Source: Bacteroidales bacterium
GTDB taxonomy: Bacteria > Bacteroidota > Bacteroidia > Bacteroidales > UBA3824
Reading direction: 5' to 3'
Assembly: GCA_016286055.1 (NCBI GenBank)
Contig: JAEERW010000009.1
Span: 28,592-92,591 of the forward strand
Length of the DNA: 64,000 nucleotides
The notes below the pieces were generated by a model, which was not told the DNA's origin, searched no databases, and was given only the letters and a program-made list of their open reading frames with translations. This document shows positions 38,291 through 46,800 of the stretch, piece after piece. Numbering within the stretch: position 1 is the first letter of the stretch; each line of letters begins with the position of its first letter. A program made the position numbers and the translations under genes.

Positions 38291-40657
38291 ATGTGCAAGA
38301 AACTTAATTTGAAACAACGGTCTGCCATAGTATTTATAATACTATTTGGAGCTGTTACTGCAGTATTTATCGCGTTTCGAAGCAGCACGGCAAAATCCAC
38401 ATATTTCAGTGCGGGAGCGTGGGTGCAGTCGTTTTTCAAGATAACCGACCAGAAATATTTCGACCTTCTGGAAGATTACGGCAGCTACGACGAACTTGCC
38501 GAAGTGGTATACAGCAACAATCCCGACGAACTATGGGACGAGTTGGAGATGGACGATGTGGTACACGACAACCACATTCACGCCATAGCTTTGCTAAGCT
38601 CAAACGAAGACATCATAGCCTACGCCGGTGACCTCAACCCCTACCTTCTCAAGTCCGACAAGGGCATAATATCCAGCAAAATAGAATATTACAATCATTT
38701 TCAATACTATAAATATTTCAATGATTCGCTCTTTGTGATATACGGCGTGCCAGTGAAAACCGCTGATAAAAAACGTTTAGACTCAGGCGGCTATCTTCTG
38801 GCAATCGGCACCATCAATGAAATGGTAGCACTAACACTTCCGCCCGACCTCTGGGAGGTGGAATACATAAGAGACCAGGAGGATTTAAAGCAAACGCTCA
38901 ATCCAGTAATAATCAATAAGTTTTTAACCGACATCAACAACCTCGACTACGGAATGCTGCAATTCTCGTTTAGCGGCATCGATGTGGCGATAGGACGCCG
39001 TTTCTGGGTATGGTATTCAATTATTGGAGGACTATTGCTGTTAGGATTCATTTTCGTTACATGCTCTGGCGACGAAAAAGAACTAAAGGAAAAAACCGCA
39101 AAGATGAATACGCTACAAGCATTATTGGAAGCCATGCCTGCGAAAATCTACGTAAAAAACAGCATGTTAAAATTCGAATTTGTCAACAATCTGTTTGCTT
39201 CTGCTTTTGGACGCAAACCCGAAGATTTTATCGGCAAAACCGAAAGCGAACTAGATCTGCCCAAAGATATGAACAGCATTTTTGAAGAAGACCGCGCCGT
39301 GTTGGCCACCAACAAAAAACGGATGCTCAAAATGCACTATCTATCATGCTTAGACAATACACTCAGATGCTACTCCATATCAAAGATTCCGCTTGAATAC
39401 AACGGAGAGCGAGGTGTATACTGCGCCATGATGGATATTTCACAAGCCCGGGAAAAAGAACAAAACATCATCGAACAAAACCGATTGATGCAGAGCACCA
39501 TCGACAATCTCACCGACCTCTACCTCCGCACCGACCTCGAAGGCACAATCATACAAGCTAGCCGTTCGTGCTGCGAGGCTTTCGGATACAGCCACCTCAA
39601 CGAGATTATCGGACACAATATCACCGAAGTGGTAACAACAGCAGTAGACTGGGAAGCTATTGCACGAACAGGACACGTAAAAGAGCTGTCGTTCAAAATA
39701 AAAAACCACCTGGGCAAAACCATCCACTGCGAGGCGAACATCAACACATTTTACACAAGCGAAGGCGAACCTGCCGGATACGAGGGCATTATACGCAACG
39801 TAACCGAAAGCAAGCAATACGAACAGCAACTCAAGACCCTCACCGAAAATCTTATGGCATCGCTCGAACAAACCGAAGAAAAGAAAAACCAGCTTGAAAA
39901 CGTTCATCGCCGCATGGAGGAGAGCCTCACCTACGCCAAACGCATTCAGGACGCGCTTTTCTATCCTTCGTCGGAAAAAACTAGCAAGGTATTTCCCGAC
40001 AGCTTTGTGATGTACCAGCCGTGCGAGATTGTGGGTGGCGACTTCTACTTTGTGACCAACATAAACGAAACCAAGGTGTGCGTGGTGGCAGACTGCACGG
40101 GTCACGGCGTGCCAGGCGCACTTATGAGCGTTCTTTCGGCAAGTATTCTGCAAAACATACTCAACACCCACTTTGGAGAGGAGGGATTCTCGCCCGCCTC
40201 GGTGCTGGAACTGCTTAGAAAAAAAATTATCGCCGCTCTGCAAAACTCAGTTATACTCCGCGACGGACTGGACATTGCTGTGGCATTTCTCAATGGCAAA
40301 ACGCTTCAATATGCAGGAGCTAACATTCCGCTCGTAACTGTGCACAACAACCAGTTGCAGCTACATGTACCCACAAAATGTCCCATTGGAATATATCCTA
40401 TGCAGCTCGATTTTCAAAACGAAATTATTGAGGTAGCTACTGGCGATATGGTTTACATCGCTTCCGACGGATATTCCGACCAGTTTGGTATTAGCGAAAA
40501 CCGCAAATACTCTCGCCGCGACTTCAACAAACTGCTGTTGCAGATAGCACCGCTCCCCTGTCCGCAACAGAAACAGCGTCTCGAAGAAGAACTTATTATT
40601 TGGCGCGGTATCCGCAAGCAAACCGATGATATTACAGTATTTGGATTTAGGATTTGA
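38291..40657 (+). CDS. membrane sensor with tandem PAS domains and C-terminal PP2C/SpoIIE phosphatase
   Basis: Two TM segments flank a ~200-aa extracytoplasmic region. Two PAS-like segments and a coiled coil follow. The C-terminus has GGDFYFV...DCTGHGVPGALMS...SDGYSDQFG, the same output module as the 1242..4487 gene. Confidence 0.8.
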   Translation: MCKKLNLKQRSAIVFIILFGAVTAVFIAFRSSTAKSTYFSAGAWVQSFFKITDQKYFDLLEDYGSYDELAEVVYSNNPDELWDELEMDDVVHDNHIHAIALLSSNEDIIAYAGDLNPYLLKSDKGIISSKIEYYNHFQYYKYFNDSLFVIYGVPVKTADKKRLDSGGYLLAIGTINEMVALTLPPDLWEVEYIRDQEDLKQTLNPVIINKFLTDINNLDYGMLQFSFSGIDVAIGRRFWVWYSIIGGLLLLGFIFVTCSGDEKELKEKTAKMNTLQALLEAMPAKIYVKNSMLKFEFVNNLFASAFGRKPEDFIGKTESELDLPKDMNSIFEEDRAVLATNKKRMLKMHYLSCLDNTLRCYSISKIPLEYNGERGVYCAMMDISQAREKEQNIIEQNRLMQSTIDNLTDLYLRTDLEGTIIQASRSCCEAFGYSHLNEIIGHNITEVVTTAVDWEAIARTGHVKELSFKIKNHLGKTIHCEANINTFYTSEGEPAGYEGIIRNVTESKQYEQQLKTLTENLMASLEQTEEKKNQLENVHRRMEESLTYAKRIQDALFYPSSEKTSKVFPDSFVMYQPCEIVGGDFYFVTNINETKVCVVADCTGHGVPGALMSVLSASILQNILNTHFGEEGFSPASVLELLRKKIIAALQNSVILRDGLDIAVAFLNGKTLQYAGANIPLVTVHNNQLQLHVPTKCPIGIYPMQLDFQNEIIEVATGDMVYIASDGYSDQFGISENRKYSRRDFNKLLLQIAPLPCPQQKQRLEEELIIWRGIRKQTDDITVFGFRI

Positions 40658-40662
40658 TTAAC

Positions 40663-40774
40663 TATTCAGAATTAACAATTCACAATTCACAATTCACAAT
40701 TCACAATTCACAATTCACAATTCACAATTCAGAATTGACAATTCACAATTGAGAATTCACAATTCATAATTTAA
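40663..40774 (-). repeat. heptanucleotide tandem array 1: (AATTCAC)n on the plus strand = (GTGAATT)n on the minus strand, ~16 units
   Basis: The period was read directly as 7 nt. Seven consecutive perfect AATTCAC units lie between 40677 and 40725, and flanking units vary at the last 3 nt. Confidence 0.9.
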
Positions 40775-40791
40775 TAGCAATAATAATAAAA

Positions 40792-40830
40792 AGGGAGGTG
40801 AAAAATGTGCCGTTCATTTTTCACCTCCCT
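40792..40830 (-). terminator. strong terminator hairpin downstream of the giant T9SS gene
   Basis: A perfect 16-bp inverted repeat AGGGAGGTGAAAAATG / CATTTTTCACCTCCCT has a 7-nt loop. It is followed by a T-rich run on the minus strand. Confidence 0.8.
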
Positions 40831-40862
40831 GTTGTTGTAATATTTGATATGCAGAATTTATA

Positions 40863-43800
40863 CTATTGAATCAACACTCGCTTTACCACGGTCTTCGACG
40901 GGGTTTGCAGCCTTAGGATATACACTCCGGCCTTATCGATATTGAGTTCTACTTTATCGTCCACCACGTTTTTGGTGATAATCACACGTCCTGAAACGGA
41001 GACGAGTGTCATCCTAACCGAACCAGTTTCTTCAATCAGCGAGCCGAGTTCAACTGTAACAGGTCCGTTTGAAGGCACGGGATAAACCTTCACATCTATT
41101 TCTTTATCAACAGTAGTCAATTCAGAAGGCAAAGGAACGATATTGTCGGTATTATTGTCAGTTTCATCAGTGTCTACGTCAAAAGGCACGTTAGAATCGT
41201 CAATTATATCAGGGACAATAATTTCGGGATTGATAATTACCACAGGATCATTTATAGGATCTGGCTGTGGTTGAGGCTGTGGTAAAGGTTCGGGCTCGGG
41301 TTCGGGTTCAGGCTCTACAATAGGTTCAAAAATAAGTTTAAACCTTGAATTGTTGGTGCCAGCAGCCACATCTATCTTGCAAGCAAAACCTTCCGACAAT
41401 TGTGTTGTGGTTTCTTTTTCGGCATCGTACAAGTAAACCTGCGCATTAGCAACCGAGAGTGTGGGCACATATAAGGTGTATGTGCCGGCAGTGGCTGTAG
41501 AGTATCCGAGACGGATTTCTCCGCCATCCTTAACAGAATGTGGCAAGCCGTTGGCTGCAAGAGGCACTTTGTAATCGCTGCCAAACGAATAGAAGAACAA
41601 GGCGTTGTCATTCTGCGACTCTACCATAAATGCATCGTAAGAAGGATCGAACGCCTCGGTGGCATCGTCGGCAAAGTATACAGCGCTCTGATATTTGTCG
41701 CCGCCAGCCGATGTGTTGAATACAATCTTTTCAAAGTTGGCATTACCACTGTTTTTACCAGATTTTATAACTGTGTTAGACTCAGCATGATGACGTGATT
41801 TCTTGGTAAATACTACAGAACCCGCGCCAGAACCAGCACCCTTGGTAGCATGAACGAAGAAACTCTGTCCTGCGGGGATGTAACGGCTACCACCTAGATT
41901 GGTTACGCCCAATCCAACGTTGACTCCAGCTTTTATAGGATAAGCTATCACATTGTCAGATATATTGTCGTGATAGTAGATAACCTCGTCAACATTAATA
42001 AACTCCATTTCATCGGCGTTGATAGCAGAGAGGAACGGGTTGGGAACAAAATTCCAACCGTCGAGCATATCATCGGTGAAACCCATGCCAGGCACTACGG
42101 GGTCGTTGCGGGAGAACGACACTGGCACTACAAAATCTTCTCCACCATGGAGCACGGGGGTACCAGTAAACGACAGAGCATGAGGCGCCAAATAGGGCCA
42201 GCTAATATAGCGGTATGCCTGTGTGAGGTCTGTATTATCAACATCGGATTTGCCAATCATTTCCCATCCGTCAGAGAGGATTTCGGGGTTTTGGTTTTCA
42301 TCTGCCCCTTGATAATGATAATACTCATCTGTTTTGTTCGGTACATCATCGTCAAGATCAGCATCTTCGTTGTAACGGTAGACATAAGCGCCATAAAAGA
42401 ACTGAGAAACATTGAATCCTGAAACAGGAATGCTCAAACGTTCAAACTCGTAACTGCGGACAAAGCGCTGGAATGTTACCTCTCCGATATAATCACCGTA
42501 GTAAATCAGCGAGCCTGCAAGAGGAATAGAATGCCACTTGCCATCATCGTCTTTATCGGCAAGTGTAGAAGAAGTTTCGAGCAGGAGCTGGCTACCATCT
42601 TCAACAACCACATTAGATAATACAGTAAGTTTTGAACCAGATTTAATAGTTAAACTGCTGTTGTCGCCGAGCATCAAATACTTAACCTCAGGCGATTCGT
42701 TCGCATCGTTGATAATGGGATAAAAGCAGTTTTCGCCAATAGTACCCACTACCACAAAGTCGGATGCCGACGGCAAAGTGTTGTCGCTCCAGTTTCCGGG
42801 GAAGAACCAATCATTGCTATGAGTTCCCTCCCATTTGAATGTGAGCACGTTGGTGTGTGCCAGTGTGTAGATGTGGGCATCTTGAGTATGAGGTATCGAC
42901 GGGTCGATAGATGTAACAGTACCAGTATGCTGCGAAGTGGCATGAGGTGCAGAATTAATACGTTTCCACAAGTTATTCTCAAATTTTGTGATAGTAACGT
43001 TAGCCAACTCAGCAGGAGTGTTGGAAACATTACTTGTGGCATCCCAACGAAGTGTGAGACCAAAAGTAGCCGAATTGGTGTTTGGTGTAACAGTCCAATA
43101 TTCCGACTGATCAACGCCTATGATTCCGTCGGTGTACAAAGAGGTGTTGCTACTTTGTGGATAGGGAGAATAATGATAGTGAACAGTAACGAAGCCGCTA
43201 CCAGAACCGTCACCGGGGTTGAAATTGTAAACCACAAATTTGCCAAGACGGTTGTTCTCTTGTTCGGAGCCGTTGTGGTGGCTGCCCACAGGGAATGTCC
43301 AACGACCATTGGTGAGAATCTTCTTGGTGAGCGGACCGTTGATAAAGCGGTCGGCGTTGTAGTTTTGAACGGTTTCGGATTCGTTTTCAGAAGATTTCAC
43401 TATAGTGAACGGATTATCCTTTTCGGTATTGAGCACACCTTTTTCGAATTTTACATGCTCCACAATATTGATGGGAACTTGCACTGTAACGCCATCGAGC
43501 GACTCGTTGGCGATTTCCAAAATATTAATTTCCAACGGATCATGTATGGTGCCATTTTCTGAGTATATTCTTTGATGGTTTTTTCCGCACATTCTAATAA
43601 TACTTACAGCGCCCTCGGTGGGAGCCACAAACGTACCATTGTTGTAAATGAAGTCGCCACAGATATTCCAAGTTTTGCCGTCGGGGTTGTCGATTATCAT
43701 GTCATCATGTCCGGCAGCTTTGAAATAGCCGTTCACTACCAAGTCTTCAGAGCCGAGCATACGCATACCAGAACCCATGAACTCCACATTGTTGAATTTG

Positions 43801-46800
43801 TTACGGCTGATGGGATATTGATAATTGTCGCCATCAAACACGATAGTGCCAGAGCCAGCCTTCACAAAGTCGGCGTATCTTCCACGCGGCAGACCGCCTG
43901 TAAGAGTAATAAGTTTACCAGTACCTGAGAGCACTCCGAAACAGTGTCCTGTAGTAGTTTTAAGATCTACTTCGCCAGGCTCAGTAAGGTCAGACCTCTT
44001 GCCTATGAATGTACGATAGTTTCTTACATTGTTTGTATTATTATCAAAATAAACATTGTGATATACATACACAATGGAATTAGTTTTCATATCATCTGTT
44101 AAGGCTACGGCCTCACCATCTTCATCTGTCTCTACCTCAACGTCGCCGGTAGATGGGTTAAAAACTATCTTGCCGTTTTCTACCTTGGCTATAGTCCATG
44201 TAGATTTTTCACTCCATAAGCCATCTTTCTTACTAACATATACTTGGATTGTTCCAGGAATAGCGCCCTCGCCAAGAGGATTGCAAAGACCAGCTGTATA
44301 GTCGCCAGTAATGGTAGCGTCGTCTTTAAGGTCGAAGTTCAAAGAGGAGGTTTCAAACACAATCACACCCTTGTCGTAAGTGTCGTCGTCGCTGTATTGT
44401 TTGTCCCACTCTGCCTTGCCCTCAAGCAGACGAGCCGGCAAATAATGGTAATCGGGATCATCCGCCTTGTTCATGTCATGGTAGTTGGCACGGTCGTTTT
44501 GGAAAACTATTGCGCCAGCGAAATTGGCGACACCTTGCGAAACCACGTTCCAATAAAAATCAAGTGCGTTGTTTTTAGGTCCATGGGTCAGCCAGTCGGG
44601 ACCATCGTAAGATTCAATAGTGGGATGGTAGGTGCCTATCGGGTAAATGGTGAAAGACGCCTCTTCATTAACATTCTTAAATGCGAAATCTGTTATAAGT
44701 ACTTTCACGGGGGCGTATCTGTTTACTACACCTATAGGCAGCACAATGGTGTCGGTTTCGGTGCCGCTGAATATCTTCTTCACACCATAGTCGGATGTTT
44801 CAAATACTATCATCTTCTCTTTCTGGAAACCATCACCACCCACGGTTTGCACCTCTTTGCCAAGCACAAGGTTGGTAAATTTCATATCCAGAGAGCCCTT
44901 AGTGAGGGTGAGCGCCTTATCTACCAACAATACTGAATTGGTAGGATTGTGTACCTCCGCACCTTTGGCGTTGTTAACAATGAGCTTAGATGTATATCCG
45001 GGTGACGATACTAATACTGCTGGTCCTTCTGAATCACCACTGTTGAGTTCGATACCACCGTCACCAGTGTACGAACCATTGTTGGTATATTTACCACGAA
45101 CGGTTATGGGGAAAGATACTACGCTTTGCGGATCGTCCTCGTCGTAAAGTTCAGCACCTTCGCCGATAAACAACTCATTATCGATAATATGAGGCATCCT
45201 AAACTCCACTTTGTCTTTGGTGTTGGAAATGTCTACATTGTAAAAAGTAATTTTGTTTCCGCTAACCGACTGATAGCCATCACCGCAGAAATCTACTTTG
45301 TTGTTATGATGTGTAAAAGTTCCATAGATAGTAAAGTATTTACCTTTGAAGTTGATATCCTTTCCGTTGGCATCAAGATTGGCATTTGCTTTCAGAGTCA
45401 AATCGCCAAACACATTAAGAGGCAGATTGTTTAACGAAACGTTGGTATTGGGTTCAATATCCACATGAGGCAACGAAGTGTTTGAGTCGAATTTGAATGA
45501 GGATCCGTTGAAAATAAACTTAGAGCCTACATATTCACAGTCAGCGTCATCGGCATTGATTGTAAAATCTGTAGTTTTGCCTGAAGCGCCTTTGAAAGTA
45601 ACGTTAACGCCTTCGACGAAATTGAGCGAACTCGTTTCCGCGATATCCACCTTAGGATTTGTTCCAGCAGTGCCGCACACACCTCCGCCCACTGTAACCA
45701 AAGCATCCGGCGATGTTATATTCCATGTGATAACACCCGTAGTAGACGGCTTAGGACAGAAGTCGGTGCCCACGTTAAATGTGGCTTTGCCGATATTGAG
45801 GATTGTCTGATTAGTTTGCAGATAATAGAAGTGACCCTTATCGTCGAGCGTTGCACCCTCGTTTAGATTGAGCACACCGCCGAGTGTGATACCGGTGCAT
45901 GTGCCTGTAACATTCAGTTTCACACCAGAATTGGCTGTGAGAGTGGCGTTTTCAGGAATTACAAAATCAGCATTGCCACTACTGAGAGGCACTACCTGAC
46001 CACTAACATCGAAGATTACCTCGCCACTCTGCATTACAAGGGGCTTGTCACTGGTAGAGTTGGCACCTGCCAAAGTATTATTATCACCAAAATTAACTTT
46101 CCTGTCGGAAAGTTTTATATAACTACCCGGCTCTTTGTTGATAACCATCTGCTTAACGTTGAAGAGGAAGTTGGTACGGTTAGGATTTACCTGAACCGAA
46201 CCATTCTTATCACCATCAAATTCAAGGACAACATAGTTTTGACCTTTTACAAGATCCAAACCCATTTTTTTATTTTTCAAAAAATCTATGTTTGAAGTTG
46301 AAAGTATACTACCACCAACTTTTAATCTACTATGAGTAGTACGTTCTTGAGCGTCAGATTTAACAGAGATATACCAATCACCGGTTTTTTCAGATTCGTC
46401 AAAGTCTGCACCACCATCTACAACATAATCGTATGTAATATCACCTATAACAACAAAATCAATAGGTGTATCAGGACTAAACTCCATAACACCTTTATCA
46501 ACCCCACCAACACGCAACTCTCCACATGTTACATTTTTGATAGGTCGGAAAGTACACCTACGAAAATTCAATGAATTGCGCACTCTCAATATTTCGGCAT
46601 AGGATATTCTCATTGCATTATTACTAGCATGACCGATAGTTAAATTCGGAAAATATCCATCATGAGAGAAAGAAATAGTTTTGTCGTTAGTATTACCAGT
46701 GTAATACAAAAGATAAAGACTTTCGTCATTTGCATCAAATTTTGAATAATCAGCATTGATATTAAAGGGCGAATTAAAATTATACCTTATATCAATCATA

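Noticed and set aside
40663-40774. The heptamer arrays (this one and the other four) might have been coding repeats or small-peptide genes.
   Set aside because: A 7-nt period is not a multiple of three, so every frame changes each unit and stop codons (TGA/TAA) appear within two or three units. Only array 4 touches a CDS, and there only the last codons.
42819-44936. Plus-strand ORFs of 230-247 aa (42819..43562, 44244..44936) inside the giant gene, together with similar antisense ORFs such as 39440..40243, 37509..38117, 35608..36216, 8128..8715 and 3828..4346.
   Set aside because: All are antisense shadows of long ORFs that have strong family support. Their products are low-complexity (Val/Phe/His/Cys-rich) with no recognisable motifs and no promoter boxes.
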